This document shows positions 20,166 through 30,500 of a stretch of 64,000 nucleotides of DNA, one piece after another. Every line of letters begins with the position of its first letter. Position 1 is the stretch's first letter. The notes beneath the pieces were generated by a model. It did not search any database and was not told the DNA's origin. It saw nothing but the letters and a program-made list of their open reading frames with translations. Where the stretch lies: NCBI GenBank assembly GCA_944336125.1, contig CALVLA010000004.1, positions 12,784-76,783 of the forward strand. Reading direction: 5' to 3'. Source of the DNA: an uncultured Clostridia bacterium. Lineage in GTDB: Bacteria > Bacillota > Clostridia > Christensenellales > CAG-314. The position numbers and the translations under genes are program-made.

Positions 20166-20330
20166 TTATTTAGCTTCTTTGTGAACCGTATGTTTTTTGC
20201 AGAATCTGCAATATTTTTTGAGTTCGATGCGGTCAGGGGTATTCTTTTTATTTTTCATGTTGTCGTAGTTGCGTTGTTTGCACTCAGTGCAAGCCAATGT
20301 AACTTTAACCCTAGCACCTTTAGCTGCCAT
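20166..20330 (-). CDS. rpmG: 50S ribosomal protein L33 (zinc-binding form)
   Basis: [28 protein letters not shown]. Confidence 0.97.
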   Translation of the reverse strand: MAAKGARVKVTLACTECKQRNYDNMKNKKNTPDRIELKKYCRFCKKHTVHKEAK

Positions 20331-20463
20331 AATAACACTCTCCAAACAAAAAAATTCACACCCGATACGAGTGCTAAAATATATTATCACAACAAACTTA
20401 AGCTGTCAAACGTTTTGTCGAAAATAAAAACAATAATAAAAGCCGCTTAAAAGCGGCTTGAAC

Positions 20464-21510
20464 TTATTTAGTAACGCTTAATGTTTCCTGAGGAATCTGT
20501 TGCTCGTTTTGCTGAGTTTTTTGTTTTGCGTCAGGTTCTTTTCTTGCGAAGAAGTTTGCGACAAGCGCGCCTACGATTTGGTGAATAACGGTTGCCAAAA
20601 CGCAAGGCAGTGCCGCAAGCGAGCCGTAAGCAGAAGCAAGTCCCACCGCAAGTCCGCTGTTTTGAAGTCCCACCTCAAGTGTCAACGCCCTTGTTTTTGC
20701 GTCGTTGAACTTAAACAGTTTTGAAATTCCGTATCCTGCGGCAAGCCCCAAAACGTGGTGAAGCAAAACTATAAACATGATAAGCAGCGAACTTGTCTGC
20801 AAAAGCTGGTTTGTATTCGGAGCAACGCACATCGCAACGATAAGCACGATTGAAAGAGTGGAAACCAAAACAAGCAGACTTTTGATTTTTTCAGCCTTGT
20901 CCCCTATCAAGGTGTGAACGACTATTCCCAAAACGATAGGCAAAGCGACAACCAAAACTACCGACAAAAACATGTTGAGAAAATCCACTTCAACCCATTG
21001 GCTGCCCAAAGCGTATGTAAGCGCAGGTGTAAGCAAGGTTGCCAAAATCGTCGTGCACATGGTGATTGTTACAGAAAGCGGAACGTCCCCTTTTGCGAGA
21101 AAAGTCATGACGTTACTTGCCGTGCCTCCGGGAACACAACCCAAAAGTATAAGACCGATTGCCGTTTCGGCGTCGAGAGCAAAAATTTTGGCAAGCAGGA
21201 ACGCAAGACCCGACATCACTATATATTGACTGAAAATTCCGATAATGACGTCTTTAGGACGTTTTACTATTTCCTTGAAGTCGTCGGCTTTGAGAGTCAT
21301 GCCCATGCCGAACATGATGACGCCCAGCAAAATGTTGGTTAAACTGAGCGAAGCCATGTGACTTCCGAAAAGCGCTTGGGTGTTTACGCTGGCAGAGGCC
21401 AGCGATTTAAAAAAGTCGGTGAACAAAAATGCCGCCGCGGCAAAAACTATCGTGAGCAAAGCCATATATTTGCCGCAGAACTTACCTAGGGTGTCAATTA
21501 CTTTCATCAT
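20464..21510 (-). CDS. Bile acid:sodium symporter (BASS/PanS-like) family transporter
   Basis: LGVIMFGMGMTL, GCVPGGTASNVMTFLAKGD and LEVGLQNSGLA motifs. Confidence 0.9.
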   Translation of the reverse strand: MMKVIDTLGKFCGKYMALLTIVFAAAAFLFTDFFKSLASASVNTQALFGSHMASLSLTNILLGVIMFGMGMTLKADDFKEIVKRPKDVIIGIFSQYIVMSGLAFLLAKIFALDAETAIGLILLGCVPGGTASNVMTFLAKGDVPLSVTITMCTTILATLLTPALTYALGSQWVEVDFLNMFLSVVLVVALPIVLGIVVHTLIGDKAEKIKSLLVLVSTLSIVLIVAMCVAPNTNQLLQTSSLLIMFIVLLHHVLGLAAGYGISKLFKFNDAKTRALTLEVGLQNSGLAVGLASAYGSLAALPCVLATVIHQIVGALVANFFARKEPDAKQKTQQNEQQIPQETLSVTK

Positions 21511-21513
21511 GTA

Positions 21514-22623
21514 TCAGGCATTTTCCTTTTTGAATTTTTTGCCGCATTCGTCGGTTTCCTTCATGCAGGCGATAAGCGTTTCCTTAGTGATGTTTGCCTC
21601 TGGAGCGCGGTGAGCCCATTCTGTTGTTTTTGTGGCTTTTTCCGCAATTGCTTCGAAGTCGCTTTGTTCAACCTCGATGTCGCCGAAGCAAACAGGAAGT
21701 CCTACGCTTGCGTTAAACTTCATTATCTTGTCCCTTTCCTCAAAGTTTTTGTCAAAGGTCAAAAGACAAAGCACACCGAGAGAAACGACTTCGCCGTGAA
21801 GATGATTGTGTGCGTTTTTGGTAACGGTCGTTCCGTTGTAAACCATGTGAGCGATTGAGCTGTTGTAGTAGTAATCGTCTGCTGTAGTAGTAAGGTTGGA
21901 CACGATACCCGTGCTTATGATGATGTCAAGTGTAACCTGGTCAAGCTCGAAGGAAGGTTTTTTAGCCTTGATGTCATCGAGTGCTTTTTTGCCGTAAGTC
22001 AAAAGCGGTGAAGTGCAGATACGGCTCATCTGCCTGCCCATCAAAGTAGTATGGAACAAATCTGCGTACTTTGACGAGAAGATAACTTCGCACTCCTTGC
22101 TGAGAGCGTCGCCGATACCTGCCCACAAAAGTTTTTCAGGAGAGTCGGCAATTACCGCGGAATTGATAAACGCGTGGTTGGCCAGTTTTTTAGGGTAGTA
22201 ATAGTTGCAGAAGGAGCCGTCCTCGTTGTACATGACGCAAATTTGAGTTACCGAAGCGCAGTTTGAAGCAACGGTAGGAAAAGTAAACACGGGTTTTTCG
22301 AGAACGTCGGCAACGTATTTGCCGCAGTCGCATGCCCTGCCGCCGCCTACGACGAAAAGCATATCTGCGTTTTTGACTCTCTCGTCGTTAATGAGCTTGT
22401 CGCCGTTTGCGTATGAAGCGTCACCGCCGTACCAGATAAAGTCTGTAATGTTGATTTGTGAATTTTCCACGCCTTTCAAAAGGAAATCATGCGTCTTTTG
22501 CATGGCGATTTTACCGCCTATTACGACGGCGTTTTTGCCGTAAAATTTGCATACTTCGGGGATGGACTTGTATGCGTCCTCACCTATCGTGTAACTTGGA
22601 AGCGAAACTGTGTAAGTTTTCAT
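21514..22623 (-). CDS. Glycerol dehydrogenase-like (GldA/HcxA family) NAD-dependent dehydrogenase
   Basis: VGGGRACDCGK, PTVASNCA and AGIGDALSK motifs; metal-ligand His in IAHMVY and HLHGEVV. Confidence 0.85.
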   Translation of the reverse strand: MKTYTVSLPSYTIGEDAYKSIPEVCKFYGKNAVVIGGKIAMQKTHDFLLKGVENSQINITDFIWYGGDASYANGDKLINDERVKNADMLFVVGGGRACDCGKYVADVLEKPVFTFPTVASNCASVTQICVMYNEDGSFCNYYYPKKLANHAFINSAVIADSPEKLLWAGIGDALSKECEVIFSSKYADLFHTTLMGRQMSRICTSPLLTYGKKALDDIKAKKPSFELDQVTLDIIISTGIVSNLTTTADDYYYNSSIAHMVYNGTTVTKNAHNHLHGEVVSLGVLCLLTFDKNFEERDKIMKFNASVGLPVCFGDIEVEQSDFEAIAEKATKTTEWAHRAPEANITKETLIACMKETDECGKKFKKENA

Positions 22624-22654
22624 AATATATCTCCTTTTTCGAAAAAATTTTTTA

Positions 22655-22915
22655 AAAAAAAGTCTCTTCGTGCCTAAGCACAAAGAGACGAGTTTTGTTT
22701 ACCCGCGGTACCACTCTTATTCGTCAAACGACGCTCTCATGAGATATCCAACAATATCCTGCTCTTTAACGGGAGCAAAGCGGTTTTGCTTACTCTGTTG
22801 GGCAAAACGGCTCCAAGGTGATGAAAAAAAGGATTGTTTTGTTGCCTCGCACCAAACGGCAATTCTCTGAAAAACAACGGCCTTAATCCCGTATCCTTAT
22901 CTACGCTTATCTTGA
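22655..22915 (-). promoter_or_regulatory. T-box riboswitch, Ile specifier (AUC)
   Basis: Canonical AATAAGAGTGGTACCGCGG (22703-22721), CAGAGAA, GGTGCGA, CCGTTA, specifier ATC-A at 22820-22822, and a terminator GTCTCTT..AAGAGAC followed by a T-run. Confidence 0.92.
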
Positions 22916-23071
22916 TTGCTGAAGATTTTAGCACTGTGAATTTCAAATGTCAAACGATTAAAATAAATTTTTCAAACTTTTTTTCATTTTAAAAGCACAC
23001 CCTTTTTTTGAAGTAATATATGCCGCCGTATCCTAAAAAAAACCTGCCGCATAAAATAAAAAGAGGTATTT

Positions 23072-24070
23072 ATGAACTGCGACAAATGGGACAAATGCAC
23101 TAAAATAATATTTGCCAACGGTCCGCGGGGGCCACGCGGATTTCCGGGACCGGCGGGCAGCGACGGTGCCACGGGACCAACGGGACCCGCCGGAACACAG
23201 CAAGGACCCACAGGTCCGACGGGACCGACAGGACCTCAGGGAACACAAGGCGCCGCAGGTCCCACAGGTCCTACGGGGGCAGACGGGGTCACGGGTCCTA
23301 CCGGCCCGCAGGGAATTCAGGGTGAAACAGGGCCCACAGGCCCAACTGGTTTAAGCGGCGCGCTTGCGACAAACCCCTACGACTTGTTTGTAAAAGCAGG
23401 AAGCGTGGGCGGTGACGGTAGCAGACAAAATCCATACGGCACGATTGCCGAAGGTTACGCCGCCGTTATGCCTTACGGAACAATCAATATTCTCGAAGGG
23501 ACCTATCCTCTGACGACGCAGCTGCAAATAGCAAAAGACGGAGTTACGCTTGAAGGAAAAAACGGAGCCAAAATTGTTTTGCAAACGGCGGTAATCCCCT
23601 TTTTGATTACGTCAAATGACGTAACGATAAAGAACCTTAAAATAACAAGCGACCTGCCTTACCCCAACGAATTCATACAGATAGGCGGAAGCAACGCGGT
23701 CATAAAAGACAACGAAATTTTCGGCCCGCCTCAGGCAGGCGATTCAAGCGGCTGGGTGGTCAACCGCGGTGTAGTTGCACAAAACGGCGCAAGTGACTTT
23801 TTAATTGAAAGCAATTTGTTTTATTCACTACGCCAGCCTGCCTACTTCAATCCCTCCTCCAACGGCGAAGTTCTTTTCAACACGGTGTTAAACACAAGGG
23901 GTTACGTAGTAGATAGATCCTCGGTGCTGTTTTCCGGCAACTCATGGGGAATACCCGAAAATGCCGTTGACATAGCCTTGCTTTCAGGCACTCAAAGCGG
24001 CGCACCCTACGACCCCACCGCAAAACTTTCCCAGTACAATTCAGCCGCCAACATCAGCGACCAAAGATAA
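23072..24070 (+). CDS. Collagen-like (GPT-repeat) protein with a C-terminal beta-helix domain; probable spore surface protein
   Basis: About 25 Gly-X-Y triplets; Cys-containing N-terminus; [13 protein letters not shown] (DUF1565-like) followed by beta-helix repeats. Confidence 0.75.
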   Translation: MNCDKWDKCTKIIFANGPRGPRGFPGPAGSDGATGPTGPAGTQQGPTGPTGPTGPQGTQGAAGPTGPTGADGVTGPTGPQGIQGETGPTGPTGLSGALATNPYDLFVKAGSVGGDGSRQNPYGTIAEGYAAVMPYGTINILEGTYPLTTQLQIAKDGVTLEGKNGAKIVLQTAVIPFLITSNDVTIKNLKITSDLPYPNEFIQIGGSNAVIKDNEIFGPPQAGDSSGWVVNRGVVAQNGASDFLIESNLFYSLRQPAYFNPSSNGEVLFNTVLNTRGYVVDRSSVLFSGNSWGIPENAVDIALLSGTQSGAPYDPTAKLSQYNSAANISDQR

Positions 24071-24097
24071 AAGCCCCGACACCGTCGGGACTTTTTA
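24069..24097. terminator. Bidirectional terminator between the collagen gene and the CRISPR trailer
   Basis: AAAAGCCCCGAC-ACC-GTCGGGACTTTTT. Confidence 0.75.
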
Positions 24098-24150
24098 TTA
24101 TGTATTAAATTTTAAATTAACCCTTCCCCCACTTGCTCAACACAAAATTC

Positions 24151-25636
24151 GTTTGAGATATTTACAAAATAACAAGACTCTCAAACACCGTATAAAAGGT
24201 TTTCCAACTTGAAATCGTTTGAGATATTTACAAAATAACAAGACTCTCAAACGGTTTGAGCTGTCCGCTCGCCTCCCATTTCGTTTGAGATATTTACAAA
24301 ATAACAAGACTCTCAAACACCGTCATGAGTAATCTGCATTTTCGCGAAGTTTGAGATATTTACAAAATAACAAGACTCTCAAACTCTATCTTGACAAAAG
24401 ACGCGTTTTTGAGTGTTTGAGATATTTACAAAATAACAAGACTCTCAAACAAAAATGTAGCTACACAATGGAGCGGTAATGTTTGAGATATTTACAAAAT
24501 AACAAGACTCTCAAACTGGACAATTACTTTACAAAACTGAACGACAGTTTGAGATATTTACAAAATAACAAGACTCTCAAACAAAGACAAAGAAATAACA
24601 ACAACATTTCCTGTTTGAGATATTTACAAAATAACAAGACTCTCAAACCAAACCACGAACCAAAGCAAACATAATAAGTTTGAGATATTTACAAAATAAC
24701 AAGACTCTCAAACACGAGAATAAAGCCACCCAGGAAACCAGCAGTTTGAGATATTTACAAAATAACAAGACTCTCAAACCACACGCCACATCTTTCAACC
24801 GAATGTCTGGTTTGAGATATTTACAAAATAACAAGACTCTCAAACATGTTGTCGATAAAAACGGAAAAATTGTTTGTTTGAGATATTTACAAAATAACAA
24901 GACTCTCAAACAACAAAAGCGTTGTAAAACTCGGCGAATTCGTTTGAGATATTTACAAAATAACAAGACTCTCAAACATTAAGGCAGTAAAAGACGATGT
25001 TGTTGTTGTTTGAGATATTTACAAAATAACAAGACTCTCAAACTTAAGTATAATTTGATTTAAAAAGGCGCGGTTTGAGATATTTACAAAATAACAAGAC
25101 TCTCAAACTTGACACACGCAAGGAGGCTTACACCTTTGGTTTGAGATATTTACAAAATAACAAGACTCTCAAACATTTCGGGCGTGCTTTTTACGGTGTT
25201 TTTCGTTTGAGATATTTACAAAATAACAAGACTCTCAAACGACAAGGCTTTTTGCAAAGGTGTCTGCCTCGTTTGAGATATTTACAAAATAACAAGACTC
25301 TCAAACAGCAAGCCGAAAAGGAATTGCAGGAGGAAGGTTTGAGATATTTACAAAATAACAAGACTCTCAAACGCGAAGAAAACTATCTGCATAACACGGG
25401 GAGTTTGAGATATTTACAAAATAACAAGACTCTCAAACTATTGTTGGTCTTGTTGGTAACGTTTCAAAGTTTGAGATATTTACAAAATAACAAGACTCTC
25501 AAACTATACCGTCGGGATATAATTCCTCTAAAATGTTTGAGATATTTACAAAATAACAAGACTCTCAAACCGAAATAACCGCATTCTTTGTGAACCAAGT
25601 GTTTGAGATATTTACAAAATAACAAGACTCTCAAAC
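24151..25636 (-). CRISPR. Type II-A CRISPR array: 23 identical 36-bp repeats, 22 spacers (20 of 30 bp, 2 of 29 bp)
   Basis: Repeat (minus strand) GTTTGAGAGTCTTGTTATTTTGTAAATATCTCAAAC, counted from 24151 to 25601; orientation set by tracrRNA pairing and leader position. Confidence 0.99.
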
Positions 25637-25688
25637 CTCAAACGGGTCAAAAGCCGTATTTTGCAAATTTTTTTAAGACAACAACATT
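25637..25688 (-). promoter_or_regulatory. CRISPR leader with TTTGAG leader-anchoring end
   Basis: Short region between the csn2 stop and the first repeat, ending ..CCCGTTTGAG|GTTTGAGAG on the minus strand. Confidence 0.75.
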
Positions 25689-26390
25689 CTAAATCATTTC
25701 AGGCAAATTTACAAGCAGTTCACACAAATCTTCCGTGATGACAATCCCCCTTTCTTCTTCAAAAAGGGTACCTTTTCTGCCAAACTCAATCAAAAGCAAC
25801 GGCACATCTTCAAGTTCACAATGATGAAAAACCTGTTTGAGTTTTTGCGGCAACAAAAGCTGTTTCAACCCGACAAACACAAAAAAACCGCAATTTTTAA
25901 GCTGAAGCATTGCGTTTATGTAACAAATCAGTTTTTCCTCCAACGTTTCAAATTTTGAAGCAGGTAAAACAGTGGTGCTTTTGAGCAATGCGGAAAAAGG
26001 CATTTCGTCAAACGTTACCTCAAACGGCAAATCGACAAGCAAATTGTTTAAAAACACCGCAATGTCGGTGTTGATTTTGTTGAAATCAAAAAATTTTTCG
26101 CCTTGCATGCAATTTTGCTCAAGCTGTTTGTAAAGCAACGATACGATTTTTTTGTCGTTGAGGTCAAAATTGAAAAAGTCACAAACAAAGTCACCTGTTT
26201 TGTCAAAAGCAACCTCTTAACCGTCTTTCAAAAACACAAAATTGCCTTCTCCTCCCATCGCTTGCGAATTCAGCTCGCTGACCAATTTAAAAAATTCGCA
26301 TGGTGACTCAATAATCAAGCTGAACGGATGCCCTGCTTCAAGCGAAATTTTTGTTTCGATGTCAAAATGTACTACTTCAAAACGAGGCAT
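25689..26390 (-). pseudogene. csn2: Csn2 with an in-frame premature stop (TAA at 26217-26219, codon 58)
   Basis: ATG at 26390 just after the cas2 stop; MPRFEVV..FLKDG*EVAFDKTGDF..LLYKQ continues in frame into track ORF 25689..26138; 233 codons in total; FVGLKQLL, LLIE and ITEDLC motifs. Confidence 0.85.
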
Positions 26391-26392
26391 AG

Positions 26393-26716
26393 TCAAATCT
26401 CCACAAGTCTGTCGGAGGAGTCAAGTGTAGTGGTGTCTTTTGTGCCGACAAGATACTCAATACGCGAAAACTGGTTTTCAGTCACTTCAAGAATTTCTAC
26501 CAAACCGTCAGACGGCAAATTTGATGCGATTTTTTTGCGGACTTGCAGGCTTGTCACGTTGTTTATCACAAGTTTTGTGTAAACTGATTTTTGCATCATA
26601 ATGAAGCCGTTTTTCAACAAAAACTTCCTGAAACGCGCATATTCGATACGGTTTTTTTCCGAAATCATGGGCAAATCAAAAAAAACAATCAATCTCATAA
26701 ATCTATAGTTCATCAC
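26393..26716 (-). CDS. cas2: CRISPR-associated Cas2
   Basis: MRLIVFFDLP, FRKFLLKNGFIMMQKSVY motifs. Confidence 0.97.
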   Translation of the reverse strand: MMNYRFMRLIVFFDLPMISEKNRIEYARFRKFLLKNGFIMMQKSVYTKLVINNVTSLQVRKKIASNLPSDGLVEILEVTENQFSRIEYLVGTKDTTTLDSSDRLVEI

Positions 26717-27587
26717 AGAACTCTATCTTTTCGGGAAACACTATTGACTGCGGAGAGTCATTGTTTAGCGCATGCAAAACACTTCGAGTATACACGCGTA
26801 TTGCGACATCAAGCGTGGTGTGCTTGCCTTCGATCACCACTTTTGCATTAAGCAAATTGATCATTTTTCTTTTGAAATCCTTGTCGTTTTCCTCCAGTGA
26901 AAAAGCAAGCCTGTCAACCGCGACACGAAAAGGCTCCATCAAATCACACGCCAAATTGAACTGATTAAATTCGTTTTCATGCCAAATGCCAAGCTGCGTC
27001 AAATAGCCGCTACCGACAATTTCCCTGTTGAAGGCCGACAAAATTATCGCATAGCCGTAGTTCAGGCAAGTGTTGCACCAGTTGTCACTGCCGCGCGACA
27101 CTCCGTCAGCAAACAAACAGTTAAAATAAACTTTTGCCGCATGCCCCTCCCTGTTTGTCGCGTCATCGGGCAAAACGTCGCATGCATACTTGCAAAGCAT
27201 TTCGTACTGCTGTCTGAAGCCGTTTGACAGCAAAAAATTGGCTTGCTGCAAAATTTTGTTTTGCACAATCCTTTGCCAAACAATCCCTTTTGTTTCACTT
27301 TTCCAACCAAGCTGCTGACGGTATCTTTTTGAAGTGTTGTGAGCCCCGTAATAAGGCAACAGCTCGGCAGAAGGATTGTGTTTTTCGTCACAAAAAACAA
27401 CCTTAACGTTGCACTTGACAAGCTCATTGAGGAGAGCCGCAGTCAACGAAACCGCAGTGCTTTGAATTATCAGCGTGTTGATTTCGTTTAGCAAAACTTT
27501 CTTTTCGGTCTCTCCTCGTATGACCATGCTGTTTAGTCTGAACTCGAGCTTTGCGCGCGACTTGACGACAACCGTGCGAAATCCCAT
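26703..27587 (-). CDS. cas1: Type II Cas1
   Basis: MGFRTVVV, NREGHAAKVYF, LNYGYAII and FNLACDLMEPFR motifs. Confidence 0.97.
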   Translation of the reverse strand: MGFRTVVVKSRAKLEFRLNSMVIRGETEKKVLLNEINTLIIQSTAVSLTAALLNELVKCNVKVVFCDEKHNPSAELLPYYGAHNTSKRYRQQLGWKSETKGIVWQRIVQNKILQQANFLLSNGFRQQYEMLCKYACDVLPDDATNREGHAAKVYFNCLFADGVSRGSDNWCNTCLNYGYAIILSAFNREIVGSGYLTQLGIWHENEFNQFNLACDLMEPFRVAVDRLAFSLEENDKDFKRKMINLLNAKVVIEGKHTTLDVAIRVYTRSVLHALNNDSPQSIVFPEKIEFCDEL

Positions 27588-27588
27588 A

Positions 27589-30500
27589 TCAAACGATGAC
27601 CTCTCTTTGTTTCAAACCGCACGGCGACATGTGAACAATGCGAAGCGACTTGTCTGTTATGTTTTTTGAAATTAGGCACTTTCCGGCATGTTTTGAGCCT
27701 CCCATCAAAGACAAGTCAACCGTATCGCTTTTACCCGCGAGGTAAGCCACGCAGCCGAGCAAACATTTTGCCTGACTCAAAACCGAAAGTGCCATGAAGT
27801 TTGATTCATTTGACCTCAATGTTTCAAGCGCATTTTTGACGCCTGTCACCCCGCCGTAAATGTCCTTTGACATTTGTTCCTCAATTGTTTTGAAAAGCTT
27901 TTCGTTGCCGTTTCTGTCAACCTGCAAAGTTATGCCCTCGGTGCTTTGACGTATCGGATAACTTTCTTTAAACGGGTCATCCTTTTTGTCAAACATGCTG
28001 ACGAGTTTGAGCAAAGCGTTGACGTACCTGTCCTGGTCAGGCGTAGTCCTCCACTGGATTTCAGGCACGAAAGAAATTTGTTGTCCTGTAATACCGCGTA
28101 TAGTGCAAGGCGTTTTGCCTATTTTGACAACGGTGCGAGGTTTGATTTTTGCAACGAGTATTTCAGGCTTGTCAAACCCCACGGACTCGAAGTATTTTTG
28201 CAATGTGACGACGTCGCCTTTTATGGAATACTCTGCCAAAACAGGCACTTGTTCAATGGTTTTTTGCTTTTTGCCTTTTGCGTCAATTGACTGCACCACG
28301 GCAAAATAAGCGGTGTTTTGACTTTTGAATCCGCCGTATTTTGAAGTGTCCTTGTAAGGACCTTTGTTTTTGCGAGGAGCCGTCACCGCGCCGTCGTTTT
28401 TAGCGTAAACGGTGGCATCGTAAAACTCACCCGTCGTTGTTTTTGTGTAACGCGTGACACACATTGTTGTTTTTGACAAAGTGTTTTTTACAGTTGTGAT
28501 TGAGTTTTTGCTGTCCCACGCGTTTTCAATGCCAAACTCATAAAGTTTTTTGAAGTAATTGTTTGTTTCGGCAACACCCAAACCGTCGTTTACAAAACGC
28601 ATTTTGTCATAATTGGTTTTGTTTACGTTGCCTGCTACAATGTTGAGATAAGCGTCCCTTGCATGGTGAAAATCGTTTGTCTCACGGCATTTGACTATGT
28701 CATATTTTTGTTTAAACTCAACCACCCATGACGCCTTGCTGAACACCACCTGCGAATCGGGATATTTTGCCTCGAGTATGTCTTTGAGTATTTTTGTCGA
28801 CTGATTTGTGGACGTCATTTGACGCTGAACAAATCCCCTCAAATCATCATCGGTAAGCGGAGTTTTTCTTGTGAGCAGCGCATACTTTTTAGGCGACATC
28901 AAACCTTTTTCTTTAAGGACGTCCCACAGTTTTTCCTGCCTGAATTTTTGCGGCACGGGATAAAAGTTCTTTTTGGCGTCGTTTACTTCACGAATTACAA
29001 GCACGCGATTGTCGATACTGTCGTCTTTTGTAAGCGACTGCGGCACAATGTGATCTATGTCGTATGCTTTGGTGTTTAACCGCGCCAAATCAATTTGCTC
29101 CCCTGTGTATGCGCATTTGCCCAGCTGCAAAAAGTACAGATACAGCTTGTCCTGACGCAACTCAAAATCCTCTTTGCCTGAATCATTAGCACCGTTTCCG
29201 ACAAGCTGCAAAGTCAAATCCCTTATGCTGTCCAAATCCTTAATTGCCGCGTATATTTCTTCAAGCTGTTTTCTGCGCGACGGCGTCTGTTTGTGATTGC
29301 CCGTCTTTTTACGCGCAGTTTCGATGAAAATTTTGTCTGGTGTTTTGCCTACTGCCGACACATATTCGTCAACCATTCTTAACGCCTGCCATACCGAACG
29401 TCTCGCGTATGGCGCAAGCCCCATTTTTTCAAGGTCTTCGATATCAATGTCGGATTTAAGCGTATCGTTTGCCTTTGACAACTCGTCTTTGAACGTATAC
29501 CTGTCACTATAAATCAACGACATCATGTTTTGGTTTGTATTGTACATCTCGCCTATCAACGTGCAGTGTTCGCCTGTCGTCTTGTTTATGCCGGCAAGCA
29601 GCAAAAACTCTTTTGACAACCTGCCGAACTCTTTAAAGCATGTTAATCTGCAAAGTGCTTTGACATTGTTTTTTATCTCAGGTATGTCGCCGTATTTGTC
29701 CGCTAAATAATCTGCAACGAGTTTTTTGTCTGTATGCAAAGTATGTCTGAGTATTATGTCTTCGCACAACGCCCTGTTGTTGTCCACAAAATCTCTCCCG
29801 AGAATTTTTGAAAGTTCAACATATGATGTCAGGCTTGAAACGCAATTTTCGTTTATACCGCCCAAAACAATTTGTGCTACTTCATCCTTTTTGCAAAAAC
29901 CGTTATTCACCAAAAATTTTTTGATTTGTATGTTTGTCACCTTTTTGTTTGCTTTAAACAATTCGTCAAACAACTTCTGTTTGCATACGACAGAAATCGG
30001 CACGCTGTCTATCGTAAGATTGTTTATTTGGTTGAGCAACATGAATTCCTGATAAAGCAACGAACACTTTGGCAAAACATCGCATGAATAAAGATAAGTA
30101 CACTTGTTTGTCATTTTTCGTATAAATTTTTCGTTGCTCAGATGTTTGTCGACGATTTTATCAAATGTCCATGGCGTTATTCTTCCTGTTTCACCCTCTT
30201 TGCGTACAAGATTGGAGTATTTGCTTTTTTCGACGAGCGGCCCGACATAGTAAGGTATTCTGAACAAAAACAATGCCTCAATCTTATCTATAGCTGAAAG
30301 TCCGTCGATGCCTTTTTCGGCAAACTGCGGATATTGCTTTCCTAATTGTTGCAGTATTAATTTGAGCTCCACACCGTTTGCCTGATGAGGAAAAGTTCCG
30401 TTGTCCGCCTTTGAAATTTTTGGCAGAAAATCGTCGGCACCTATCCTTTCAAACATCAAGTCAAACTCTTTTTGTGGAAAATTGTCAGGTTTTATGTCTG

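Noticed and set aside
24385-25138. TTGACA, TATAAT and AAGGAGG words inside spacers
   Set aside because: No correctly spaced -35/-10 pair; chance content of the captured DNA.
25505-25534. Spacer sharing ACCGTCGGGA with the terminator at 24081 (self-targeting?)
   Set aside because: Only 10 bp match. No full-length self-match was noticed by eye for any spacer; a computational search is still needed.
24483-25578. Track ORFs with repeating LRYLQNNKTLK or RVLLFCKYLK
   Set aside because: They are translations of the CRISPR repeat, which lacks stops in those frames; not proteins.
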